A DNA stretch of 64,000 nucleotides from Minisyncoccota bacterium (GTDB lineage Bacteria; Patescibacteriota; Minisyncoccia; Phycocordibacterales; UBA918). The translations under genes and the position numbers were made by a program. The notes under the pieces were generated by a model, which saw nothing but the letters and a program-made list of their open reading frames with translations, was not told the origin of the DNA and made no database searches. Location: positions 26,901-90,900 of the forward strand of contig CALJTT010000003.1 in NCBI GenBank assembly GCA_937975855.1, given 5' to 3'. Positions 36,660 to 46,028 of the stretch are shown piece after piece; within the stretch, counting starts at the first letter, position 1, and each line of letters starts with the position of its first letter.

Positions 36660-38294
36660 TTATGTGGCAGGGTTGTTATCCTCATCTTCGTCTCGATCTC
36701 TCTTGTAAAACAAGTACCAAAGAGACGCCAACGTTATAAATGGAACTAGAAGTAAGAGAGCCCACATCCAATACGCTGCTTGCCAATACCATTTCGCCAA
36801 GGTTGAACTGGTAGCGTTTGCCTCTCCATAGAAATTCACTGGTGTCTCGTAGCGACTGGCAACACGGGCGTCGTAGTCAAACACCTCAACTACGATAGCT
36901 GAAGGGCCAGCAAACATGATCGGGGCGATGGTTGCTTCGTACGCTTGTCGATCACTACTTTCACGTAGCAAAAACGAAAACGTATAACCTGAACCGCGCG
37001 GGTCGTAAATTGTGGCTACAATAGATTTGAATTGGCCGTCGATGGCTTCAATTGGCAACGAGATCGTAAACGGCTGGGTGCTGTCGAGCTCTAGTTCCTT
37101 GTTTGAAAATGCCCAAGTATCGTCTGTCTGAGTTACCGTAAAATCTCTGAGCCGAGGAAAACCTTCGTTTTCAAGAGTGCCTAACTGGGGCTGGTTTTCT
37201 TCTGTGGTTATAGTGACTCCTCCTCGACCGTCTTGAGTTGACGATTCACCTTGTCCCGCCGACGCTCCTGTAGAGCCGGCAAAACCACCTCTCGCGGCTG
37301 ACCTATCAACAACCGCTACTGCCCCAGAAGAAATCTGACCGTTCGGGTTGATCACAAATACTGAATAATAAACACGCGACCATTCGAGCAAAACGTTTTC
37401 GTCTCGAACTGTCTCTTGTCGCCCTTCATAGATAACAACGCCGTCATTTATGGATTGTGGGTAGCCAAAGTAATTACGCACTACGCGAACTGTCGCTCCA
37501 GGAAAAATGTCAGCCGGCAGTTCATAAGTTATGATGACATCATCTCCTTCCGGCGTGGCATTCAAGCGACTGACATTAGCTGGTGCAAAAGGAACCGAGT
37601 CATCCAGAGTTACAAAGGACCCTCGCTCCAGAACCGTCTGACCACCAGAGGGTGTGTAGCCTATAACTTCGTAATAATATTGCGTGGCAGGACTCAGATC
37701 ATCGAGCCAAACTGAGTGATCGGTTTTGTATTCGTTGCCAACAATATATGCAATCTCATAAGAACTGGTAAGGCCGATTCGCACTTCCACCTGAACGTTA
37801 CTATTTGTCTCCAGATTCAAAGCGGCGGTAGTAGTTCCAGGTATAACAACACTTGATTCCAAAATTACTCTAGCCTGAGTTGCTTCTCCGATACTCGGCT
37901 CAGGATCTGGTGGTATAAAAATATCAAGTGTAGACGTTGCTTCAGGCAAGGACAATATCGAATAGTTAGGAAACCCATCAAAAGCCGCCACTTCATAAAA
38001 ATAAGTCGTGGACGCCGACAGGCCGGTGTCGTTGTATGCTGTGGCCGTAGTGGTGGCAATAGCGAACCCGTCGCGGAAAACCACATAACCAAACACACCA
38101 AAGTTATCAGTCGAGGTCGACCAAGCAAGATTGATCTGGCTACTAGATACTGGCGTGATATTTTCGATAACTGGTGATGACGGGTCGATAGAATCAGTCG
38201 CGCCAAAGACTTTTATAGTAAAGTCGCTGGTTCCTTGCGCCCCAACCAACTGCGGCAGTAATAATATTAAAAATAGTGAAGCGAGTCTGATCAT
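36660..38294 (-). CDS. Fibronectin-III-containing surface protein with C-terminal membrane anchor
   Basis: Signal peptide; FnIII motifs (INLAW...DNFGV.GY.V.R...DTGL...Y.Y.V.A.D; LDDLSPATQYYYEV); C-terminal TM helix plus charged tail. Confidence 0.75.
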   Translation of the reverse strand: MIRLASLFLILLLPQLVGAQGTSDFTIKVFGATDSIDPSSPVIENITPVSSSQINLAWSTSTDNFGVFGYVVFRDGFAIATTTATAYNDTGLSASTTYFYEVAAFDGFPNYSILSLPEATSTLDIFIPPDPEPSIGEATQARVILESSVVIPGTTTAALNLETNSNVQVEVRIGLTSSYEIAYIVGNEYKTDHSVWLDDLSPATQYYYEVIGYTPSGGQTVLERGSFVTLDDSVPFAPANVSRLNATPEGDDVIITYELPADIFPGATVRVVRNYFGYPQSINDGVVIYEGRQETVRDENVLLEWSRVYYSVFVINPNGQISSGAVAVVDRSAARGGFAGSTGASAGQGESSTQDGRGGVTITTEENQPQLGTLENEGFPRLRDFTVTQTDDTWAFSNKELELDSTQPFTISLPIEAIDGQFKSIVATIYDPRGSGYTFSFLLRESSDRQAYEATIAPIMFAGPSAIVVEVFDYDARVASRYETPVNFYGEANATSSTLAKWYWQAAYWMWALLLLVPFITLASLWYLFYKRDRDEDEDNNPAT

Positions 38295-39058
38295 AGCGGC
38301 AGTGCAGTTACAGTTGTCGTAGCATAATAAACGCCAGTCTCAACATTTGCTCCGCTGGAAATACCCACCCTAAAATGCACTGAAGTTGTCGCTCCTAGGG
38401 GATGATTAGATCCAACACCGCGAGCGATCTCAGTTGCACTAGTAGTCAGTCCAGTCCAGCAAGCAAACGCAGTGTCTCCAGTTCCGACACCACAGCTGGC
38501 GCCGTTGTCCTTATAAGCGCTGGCGATGTCGTCGCCCTCGGGAGTAAAGCCAAACTCGGCTGTCGCTGCCGGGACTGAGAACGTGAAGTCTGCACTACCG
38601 ACCTCTGTGTAGTCGGCAATAGAAGCACCGTCCGTTCGCTGCATCGCTGGATCATTTTCCGCTTCGATAGTCAGTTGATACCCGGCTGGGCTGTCGGTCA
38701 CAACTGTAAAGGTCGTAGAACCATTTGATGTACCGCCAGTTATTCCTGGCAAGTCTACATCCATCACAATCGGACCGCCCCCAGCTAGACTTAAAAAAAC
38801 TTCTTGCATTTGTTGGTAGCCTGCTTTTAGAGAAAAGTTCGTACTATCCGACGGACCGGTTGCGATCTCACCCACAGTGCTTTCTTGCACATACGAGGCA
38901 GAGTTGGAGAGTCCGCCGCCGACATTAATACTGTCGCTTTGCAATTGGTAATTATTACTACTGCGCACTTGTGCGTGCGACACAGAAAAACTACTTACCA
39001 ATAAAATTGTCACAACAAGACTGATACATGTTGTTGTAATAGCAAACGATAATCTCAT
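38291..39058 (-). CDS. Secreted beta-rich protein, WxL-like C-terminus
   Basis: Signal peptide; V.TD...GY.L motif, one Cys pair, terminal GVYYATTTVTA strand. Confidence 0.6.
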   Translation of the reverse strand: MRLSFAITTTCISLVVTILLVSSFSVSHAQVRSSNNYQLQSDSINVGGGLSNSASYVQESTVGEIATGPSDSTNFSLKAGYQQMQEVFLSLAGGGPIVMDVDLPGITGGTSNGSTTFTVVTDSPAGYQLTIEAENDPAMQRTDGASIADYTEVGSADFTFSVPAATAEFGFTPEGDDIASAYKDNGASCGVGTGDTAFACWTGLTTSATEIARGVGSNHPLGATTSVHFRVGISSGANVETGVYYATTTVTALPL

Positions 39059-39061
39059 GCG

Positions 39062-40051
39062 TTAGGCTTTTCGTTTAAATTCAAATGTTTTGAGGAACAA
39101 CCTGATCAAAAATACAACCATGAACACTACTCCAAAAATAAGTAACAGCAGTTTCCAAGGTAGCACCCAGAAAGTAACCTCTACAGTATCCAGTATATCA
39201 TCGTAGCCGCGGTTGACTGTCGCTTTGGCTGTGTAGCGTCCAAATAAAAATTCTCGATCCCAGGTTACTTCACGAGTACGGATGGACTGCGGCAGAACAA
39301 ACCACGGTTCCATTTCAACTCGACCGACCTCTTCACCAAAGACGTTGGCGATGGTTAGTTCTCCGTATGGGTTCACATGGATAGTACCGGTGTTTTCATA
39401 AGCGATAGCTAGTTTAATCGGCCCCGACTGGTACCACCATTGACTAGGTAAAGTTGAAAGGTCGATTGTTTCACCACTTCTACTTATATCTCCTTCTACA
39501 GTAAGAAAAACGTGTGAACCTACGCGGGCGATGATTGGATTGCGCGGCGCGACTTCATTTCCATCTTCACCCAATTGAACAGTTGATACCAATACACTAC
39601 CGTAGTAACCACCAGGCTCGGCGTCTGGAGGAACAGTAATGGTTACTGGGATGCGAGCACGCTCGCCAAGGTTCAAAGTAAAAGTGTCCTCAGGAAACGA
39701 AACGTAATCACGAATACTGTATGGTCCACGCTCTCCCTCGATGACTTGCAGCGCTGCGCTACCGTCGGCCGTACCAGAAATATCTTCTACCTGAAGTTTG
39801 AAAATTCGCTGCTCACTGATTCGGTTAGTAACCGTAACCTCGCGCACCATACTCTCGCCGGGCTTGAGAGAGACCTCTGCCCTACCAGGTCCGACTACAA
39901 AATCACCCACGTCAATTCGGCCAGAAATAGTTTCTGTGACATACCAAGGGTCTACAACCACGGGAGTAGTCAAAGGTTCATCCGTTTGTGCAAATACAAA
40001 AAATGGAGAAAAGGCTAGGAGTAATGTCGGCCAAACTCTCTTTGCGATCAT
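39062..40051 (-). CDS. DUF916/DUF3324 (WxL-interacting-protein)-like membrane-anchored protein
   Basis: Signal peptide; LKPGES..VTVTN, TITVP..AEPGGYYG, ENTGTIH..P.G, GRYTA, FWV followed by a TM helix and basic tail. Confidence 0.6.
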   Translation of the reverse strand: MIAKRVWPTLLLAFSPFFVFAQTDEPLTTPVVVDPWYVTETISGRIDVGDFVVGPGRAEVSLKPGESMVREVTVTNRISEQRIFKLQVEDISGTADGSAALQVIEGERGPYSIRDYVSFPEDTFTLNLGERARIPVTITVPPDAEPGGYYGSVLVSTVQLGEDGNEVAPRNPIIARVGSHVFLTVEGDISRSGETIDLSTLPSQWWYQSGPIKLAIAYENTGTIHVNPYGELTIANVFGEEVGRVEMEPWFVLPQSIRTREVTWDREFLFGRYTAKATVNRGYDDILDTVEVTFWVLPWKLLLLIFGVVFMVVFLIRLFLKTFEFKRKA

Positions 40052-40066
40052 ATCAACAAGGATACG

Positions 40067-40762
40067 CTAGAGGTTGTAGAGTGACAAGGTCGCTGTAGCC
40101 GTGTAAGTCTCAGCCACAGGTGTTGGCGTAGCTCCACTTGGCACAGTTACATTGAACTGGACTGAAGAAGTTGCTCCAGTGACAGCAGCGCTACTTCGTT
40201 CAACAATTCGAAAGGCAGCCGTATCTGGCGCTTTCCAACATGGGACCGTCTGTATTCCGCCGGTGTTACAGTCAGATCCGTCGTTTAGGAAAGACTGGTC
40301 TGTATCAAGCGTGCTGGACGAAGTTACTGTGTAAGCAAGCTGTGCAGAGGCACTAGTAGTGTAACCAAATGACGGTTCACCAGTAACGTCTCCCTCATAG
40401 TCGACAATAGCTTCACTTGCTGACACGTCTCCGATCATAGCTTCCGTCGTTCCGTTGTTAAAAAAGGCAATGTCAACATAGTATCCAGCGCCGTTGTTGG
40501 TTAGTACTACAAACTGAGTAGTCCCAGTAGCCTGTCCACCTGTAACACCACCAATGTCTCCAGTCATCGTTACGTCTGCCGGTTCTACCAAGAACGAGCT
40601 TTCAGCTGTGATAGTTTGTCGAATGATGAACTCTGAAGTGTCTTCCTGACTACGAGTAATTTGTGGCTCTAATATACTAAATAAAACTGCAAATCCAACT
40701 AGTGCACCGAAAGCAACGACGGTTGCATTTTGGGCAGCTGGGGTAATGTATGTGGCTTTCAT
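40067..40762 (-). CDS. Exported beta-rich protein, paralogue of 38291-39058
   Basis: Shared G.TGG...G.T.F.V.T...GY, C...C-W and Y.AT.T C-terminal strand. Start at ATG 40762, 7 nt after TGATACTAT. Confidence 0.65.
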   Translation of the reverse strand: MKATYITPAAQNATVVAFGALVGFAVLFSILEPQITRSQEDTSEFIIRQTITAESSFLVEPADVTMTGDIGGVTGGQATGTTQFVVLTNNGAGYYVDIAFFNNGTTEAMIGDVSASEAIVDYEGDVTGEPSFGYTTSASAQLAYTVTSSSTLDTDQSFLNDGSDCNTGGIQTVPCWKAPDTAAFRIVERSSAAVTGATSSVQFNVTVPSGATPTPVAETYTATATLSLYNL

Positions 40763-40824
40763 ACTACGTATAGTATCAGCTTTGGGGTTGACTTTACTCA
40801 TATGGAAGGGCTTGTTGGGGATAA

Positions 40825-43800
40825 TTAAACTGTTTCTTCCTCTACTATTTCGTCAGTTTCAACCGGTATTTCAGACTCTGATTCAACCAAATTTTCTTCC
40901 GGGACATTCTCGTCTATGACAACCTCTTCGTCAGAACTTTCAGCTGGAGACAGGGCTTCTTCTATGAGTGTCTCTGGTAACACTGATGCCGTAGTGGTCG
41001 CCTCTCCTTCAATCTCTTCAGGCATATTGACAACTACAGGATCCTCTTCGGCTTGTGTGTCAGTATTACTGGCGCTAATTGTAGCTGGTTCAGAGTCGAC
41101 TTCCTCAGCGATCACTCCCAACCCTTCCTCTTCACTTTCTATAACCGGCTCTGGGTCTTCTCCTATGACCGTAGGTGCACTTACACTTGTACCTAACTGC
41201 GACTCAATCGCCTCAAGGCGTGATCGCAAATCTTTGTTTTCTTTCTCTAACAAGTCCACCCTTTCTGTATTCCCCGTCACCACCTCCCACATCTCCCGCA
41301 ACGCCTCTAGGATGTAGAACGGTAGCGAACGGAAGTCCACCTGGCGGTACCCATCATTGTTGCGAGACACTAGTTCTGGGAACTGTTCTTCCACGTCTTG
41401 GGCGATTAAACCTGTGACTACACTAGCCTGACTCTTTTTGTACGTGTCGGCTGCTAGTTCGTTCCACTGGTATGTGACAGGGTCTAGGGCGACCAGACGT
41501 TCGATGTAGCTGCGGCCGTCGCTAGAGAGCGGGTCGATGTTCGTCTTTAGACGTTCGTCTGAGGTACAGGTTCCCCCGATATTTCCTCCAGCGAAGTCTT
41601 CGATGCAGCCGTTGGTACCGCTATTTCCGACACGGATATCTCCGTATACTTGAAGTTTTTGGGCGGGGGTGGTGGTGCCGATACCGATGTTGCCGGTAAT
41701 CAGATCTCCAAAGATAGCATCAGCAATATTCAACTGATGAGAAGCGGTAGGTGAAGTAGCCTCGACAGAGTAACCAATCAAAACATTGTCAGAACCAGTC
41801 TTGTGATTTCTACCTGCTTGGTGACCAATGAAAATATTATTGTCAGCACCAGTTTCTAGAGATAGGCCTGACTGATAACCAAAAGCTGTAAGATTTGCAA
41901 CTTCAGCACCAACTACCGCACCTCTACCAGTCTGGTATCCAAACACTGTAGCAGCAGTAGACGTCGAAATATTCCTAAGTGTATTGTAGCCAAAAGCAGA
42001 TACAAAGTTACTTGTGTTTTGGTATGCACTATTACGGCCAAAGGCAGAAACAGAGCTGCCTGTGTTTTCGAAGGCGCTATTTTGACCAAAAGCGGATACA
42101 AAGTCACCTTTGTTTTGGTATGCACTATTACGGCCAAAGGCAGAAACAGAGCTGCCTGTGTTTTGGTATGCACTAACTGTTCCAAATGCTGAAAGGCTGT
42201 CTCCTAAATTTTGGTAACCGGCCTCGGATCCTACAACCGTGATTTGATCACTCACAGTAGTAGAACCAGATTCATATCCAGCAAAGTATCCTAGCGCTAC
42301 ATTGTCCAAGCCTGTACCATTAAAAGAATTCCCTGCACTTACCCCCAAAGCGAGAGAATCAGAAGTCACGTTATAAATACCATCAGTCAGGTCATCTACA
42401 GACAGAGTCTCCGACAGAGCGCTACTGGCGTCAGTCCATTCTACACCAGAGCCATTTGACGAGAACAACTGCCCGACAGTACCAGCACTATAGGCATTGT
42501 CGTAAAGAGAGCCGGTCAGCATAGCATTCCCGTCGACAGTTAGTTTAGTGAAGGGAGTGGTGGTGCCGATGCCGATGTTGCCGGAAGAATCAATCGTCAA
42601 ACGTTCAATTGAATTTGTCCATAGTGAAAAATCATCGTCAGAATGGTTGTAGGCAAGTCTACCACGACTAGAGTTTTCTATATCACCAAAATAAATACTT
42701 CCCACAGCAGAGTTTCCGGACAAAATAGTCATACCAGCGTTTCCAGTTTGATCAATCAAAAAATCATCAGCAGAATTTGACGGATCTCTGCCTGTGGGAG
42801 AATTTTGTGTCTGGATATGAAGACCTGCAGCTGGACTACTTGTTCCAATCCCCACAAACCCCGTACTAAGATCACTAAAGAGAACGTTACCAATATTAAG
42901 CTCCTCCGAGGCTATGGGTGAAGAAGTCTCCGCGCTGTAACCAATCAAGATGTTGTCACTACCTGTAGTAACATTTTTTCCAGCCTCAAAACCAATAAAG
43001 AGATTATTGTCAGCGCCGGTCTGCAGGCTTCGTCCAGCACGGTAACCAAAAGCTGTAAGATTTGCCACTTCCGCCCCACCTAGGTCACCTTGCCCGGCCT
43101 GATAACCAAATACAGTAGCTGCCGTGGAAGTAGATATGTATCGAAGAGTACTGTGTCCGAAAGCAGAAACTCCAGTACCTACGTTTTTATAGGCACTGTT
43201 TACACCAACAGCAGTGAGAGCAGTGCCTGTATTATTAAAGGCGCTGTTTACTCCCATAGCCGTAAGACCATTTCCCCTATTACCTTCTCCAGCATTTACC
43301 CCCATAGCGGTGAGTGAGCCCCCCGTATTTGAAACAGCAGCGTTTACACCGATAGCAGTTGCGTTATCTCCTTTGTTAGAAAAAAGAGAGTTATATCCCA
43401 TAGCTGTATTGTCAGCGCCGGTGTTTTCGTACCCAGCCTGATATCCGATCAGCGTAATCCGATCTGAGTCAGTGGTACTTCCAGATTCAAAGCCAGCCTG
43501 GTATCCAATAGCGATGTTACCGAGGCCAGCTGCATTAAACGCGTTCCCAGCGTCCTCTCCCAGAGCTAGTGAGTCACTCGTACCGTTGTACAGCCCATCG
43601 GAGAGGTCATTGATTGCTAGCACGCCGGATAACGCCGCGTTAGCATCCACCCAATCAATGCCGGCCCCAGTGCTAGAAAGGAGCTGACCGTTAGTACCAG
43701 CGCTGTATGCGTTGTCATAGAGACCCCCAGTGAACATGGCGTCACCGGCGACGGTTAGTTTGGTGAAGGGGGTGGTGGTGCCGATTCCGATGTTGCCAGT

Positions 43801-45417
43801 ACTCAAATTACCGAAAATAGCATCTCCAATATTGAGCTGATTAGAGCCGGTGTTATTTGGAGCCTCAACATCGTAGCCAATAAGTATATTGTTTGAGCCA
43901 GTCGTTAAGGAGTCACCCACCCTGTACCCTAAAAAAAGGTTACTAGAACCAGTAGTCAGGTTTTCGCCTGCGTAAGCCCCCAAACCCGTGTTGCCGGAGC
44001 TTGACGTACTCAGATAAAAAACTGATGAACCGATCGCTGTGTTATTTGAACCCTCCTCATTGCCAGATAGTGCAATGAAACCAACCGCAGTGTTGTCAAA
44101 TCCAGTAGTATTGTTGGCGAGTGATCCTGATCCAAAAGCGGTCAAATCGTAACCTGTGGTGTTAAAACTAAAGACATTGTCAGTTAAGCCAAAATTACCA
44201 GCCCCTGAGTCATTGTGTAAAATTGGAGTCCCGTTTTGGGTAATTAAGACATGACTGGTGGTAGCTAAATTTAATTGACCACCTACCGACAAGATATCAC
44301 CATCAAACGTCAAATCAGCCGAATCAGTCAGTGCTGTCGCTCCACTGTTTGTGAAAGTAATCCGGTTAGCTGTGAACGAACTTTGGCTGTCGGTAAGAGA
44401 TAAGAAAGTTGACGCTCCCCCAATCCCAAGCGTACTAGTCGCCACCCACTCAAGACCAGAGCCGGTAGTCTGCAAGACCTGGCCGTTGGTGCCGCGAGTA
44501 TAGTTGTTGTCGTATATACCGGCAGCGAACAGAGCGTCCCCATCGACAGTGAGAGTATACAAGGGGGAGGTGGTGGATAGACCAATATTGCCATTTTGTC
44601 TTATGTATAGGGAAGAAGACAAACCATCTGGTCGAAAGAAGTTTGTATTCCCATCGTCTTCAAAAAGAACGACACCAGCCCCATCTCGTTGAAGTCTGAG
44701 GCCGGGCGTATTTGCTTCAAATGTCCATTTTTCACCACCTAGGGCTGTATTTTGAAGGGTTAAGTCTGGAGAGGCGCCAGCTACGTGTAGCATACTAGCT
44801 GGCGAACTCGTTCCAATCCCTACATTTCCCCCATCTGTTACCGTAAATACTTTGGTTCCGCTATCCAATAGACTAAGAATGTCTCCCGTACCTGACTGGT
44901 TGATAGTAAGTAGTGTCGATGACTCGGTAGCTGTCATAACATCCGCCTGGTCTGAGCGTAAAAAAGACGAAGACGCGATACCGTCTAATAATACACTGTC
45001 GTTTGCGGTCTGAGCCACAAATGCTGCCGGCACTGTGCCGAGAATCTTTCGCGGCGTCATTTCCCCGTCACTATCGATGTTTACACCCAGGTACAACGTC
45101 TGGTCAAAGTCTACACTCGTAAACGCCGTAGTCGATCCCAGCATGACCGAGAACAGACCGTTTACTACCGGTACCTGATTTGCACCAACGAGAGTTTCCG
45201 TCCAAATAGCAGACCCACCAGAGGCAGCGGTATACAGCCTGAACTCCATGTCGTAACTGCCGTTTGCGACAGCCACACCGGTCGAGTCAGTTAGCTTCCC
45301 TTGATAGTTGATCTGCGGATTCGCCTGCGCAAATACTGTAAGCGCAACAAAAAACAACGACAGTCCAAACGCACACATGGCATATTTTATGAAAACTGAT
45401 GTGTATGATTTACTCAT
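40825..45417 (-). CDS. Giant tail-fibre/trimeric-adhesin-like secreted protein with peptidase-S74 intramolecular chaperone
   Basis: Signal peptide; INYQGKL N-domain; GNxGIGT..P repeats; 16-aa xTAxG beta-roll repeats; SDERLKTNI...GLIAQDVE (S74); coiled coil; acidic tail. Confidence 0.8.
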   Translation of the reverse strand: MSKSYTSVFIKYAMCAFGLSLFFVALTVFAQANPQINYQGKLTDSTGVAVANGSYDMEFRLYTAASGGSAIWTETLVGANQVPVVNGLFSVMLGSTTAFTSVDFDQTLYLGVNIDSDGEMTPRKILGTVPAAFVAQTANDSVLLDGIASSSFLRSDQADVMTATESSTLLTINQSGTGDILSLLDSGTKVFTVTDGGNVGIGTSSPASMLHVAGASPDLTLQNTALGGEKWTFEANTPGLRLQRDGAGVVLFEDDGNTNFFRPDGLSSSLYIRQNGNIGLSTTSPLYTLTVDGDALFAAGIYDNNYTRGTNGQVLQTTGSGLEWVATSTLGIGGASTFLSLTDSQSSFTANRITFTNSGATALTDSADLTFDGDILSVGGQLNLATTSHVLITQNGTPILHNDSGAGNFGLTDNVFSFNTTGYDLTAFGSGSLANNTTGFDNTAVGFIALSGNEEGSNNTAIGSSVFYLSTSSSGNTGLGAYAGENLTTGSSNLFLGYRVGDSLTTGSNNILIGYDVEAPNNTGSNQLNIGDAIFGNLSTGNIGIGTTTPFTKLTVAGDAMFTGGLYDNAYSAGTNGQLLSSTGAGIDWVDANAALSGVLAINDLSDGLYNGTSDSLALGEDAGNAFNAAGLGNIAIGYQAGFESGSTTDSDRITLIGYQAGYENTGADNTAMGYNSLFSNKGDNATAIGVNAAVSNTGGSLTAMGVNAGEGNRGNGLTAMGVNSAFNNTGTALTAVGVNSAYKNVGTGVSAFGHSTLRYISTSTAATVFGYQAGQGDLGGAEVANLTAFGYRAGRSLQTGADNNLFIGFEAGKNVTTGSDNILIGYSAETSSPIASEELNIGNVLFSDLSTGFVGIGTSSPAAGLHIQTQNSPTGRDPSNSADDFLIDQTGNAGMTILSGNSAVGSIYFGDIENSSRGRLAYNHSDDDFSLWTNSIERLTIDSSGNIGIGTTTPFTKLTVDGNAMLTGSLYDNAYSAGTVGQLFSSNGSGVEWTDASSALSETLSVDDLTDGIYNVTSDSLALGVSAGNSFNGTGLDNVALGYFAGYESGSTTVSDQITVVGSEAGYQNLGDSLSAFGTVSAYQNTGSSVSAFGRNSAYQNKGDFVSAFGQNSAFENTGSSVSAFGRNSAYQNTSNFVSAFGYNTLRNISTSTAATVFGYQTGRGAVVGAEVANLTAFGYQSGLSLETGADNNIFIGHQAGRNHKTGSDNVLIGYSVEATSPTASHQLNIADAIFGDLITGNIGIGTTTPAQKLQVYGDIRVGNSGTNGCIEDFAGGNIGGTCTSDERLKTNIDPLSSDGRSYIERLVALDPVTYQWNELAADTYKKSQASVVTGLIAQDVEEQFPELVSRNNDGYRQVDFRSLPFYILEALREMWEVVTGNTERVDLLEKENKDLRSRLEAIESQLGTSVSAPTVIGEDPEPVIESEEEGLGVIAEEVDSEPATISASNTDTQAEEDPVVVNMPEEIEGEATTTASVLPETLIEEALSPAESSDEEVVIDENVPEENLVESESEIPVETDEIVEEETV
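41665..43799. repeat. Three 32-bp near-identical junction repeats plus internal tandem repeats in the adhesin gene
   Basis: GGG(G/A)GTGGTGGTGCCGATnCCGATGTTGCC(G/A)G at 41665, 42553 and 43768; identical 54-bp copies at 42015-42068 and 42111-42164. Confidence 0.85.
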
Positions 45418-45976
45418 GGTTGATGTAGGTCCATTGTGCCTGAGTAATCGGATGCTCGACAAAACGTTTTTGTTCCGCCCTTACTTCATCGGTCTCTGAA
45501 AAGATCGGCCGTAAACTATCGCTAGGTTGATTGGGAAGATCACTGACGTTTTGTGTGACCACAACCGACGCCGTATTATTTTGCATATCCCCCGGCACAG
45601 CATTGAAAAAATAAAAACCTGCTACTCCTCCTGCCAAAAACATCCCTAGTGTAAGAGCGTGAGCATAGACATGGCTGTGAGATTTTTCTACAGACTGATC
45701 CGTTTGCTTTGTATACGTTTTTTTCTTTTGCACTTCCTCATTTGCCAACTGCTCGTGCTTTGTTCGTAGATCACTATCTTGATCCCTCACTAACATGTAA
45801 GAACGGAAAGAGTCATCGTTTACATACCATTGCTGGTTAATCTCAACAGCTTTAATTTTATGATCTTTAGCCAGCTGTGTAACGTATTCACCAGAACAAG
45901 AAAAAACCTCTGCAACAGTTTGTACAGCGATGAAATTTTGGTCGTTTATGTTGATACTGCCCGGTACAAACTTCAC
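45410..45976 (-). CDS. Membrane-anchored HTH (MerR-like/excisionase HTH_17-type) protein
   Basis: VAEVFSCSGEYVTQLAKDHKIKAVEINQQWYV followed by a TM helix; the stop overlaps the adhesin start (ATGAGTAA). Confidence 0.7.
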   Translation of the reverse strand: MKFVPGSININDQNFIAVQTVAEVFSCSGEYVTQLAKDHKIKAVEINQQWYVNDDSFRSYMLVRDQDSDLRTKHEQLANEEVQKKKTYTKQTDQSVEKSHSHVYAHALTLGMFLAGGVAGFYFFNAVPGDMQNNTASVVVTQNVSDLPNQPSDSLRPIFSETDEVRAEQKRFVEHPITQAQWTYINHE

Positions 45977-46028
45977 ATATACATTTTATAGGTAAAGGAG
46001 CCCAAAAAAGATGCCCGGTGTGTATAAA

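Noticed and set aside
41990..42180. Short DNA repeats as a CRISPR array
   Set aside because: They are in-frame 48-nt coding repeats without unique spacers, and no cas genes are present
40825..45417. S74/tail-fibre protein as a prophage tail gene
   Set aside because: It has a Sec signal peptide, and no capsid, terminase, portal or integrase gene is in the window
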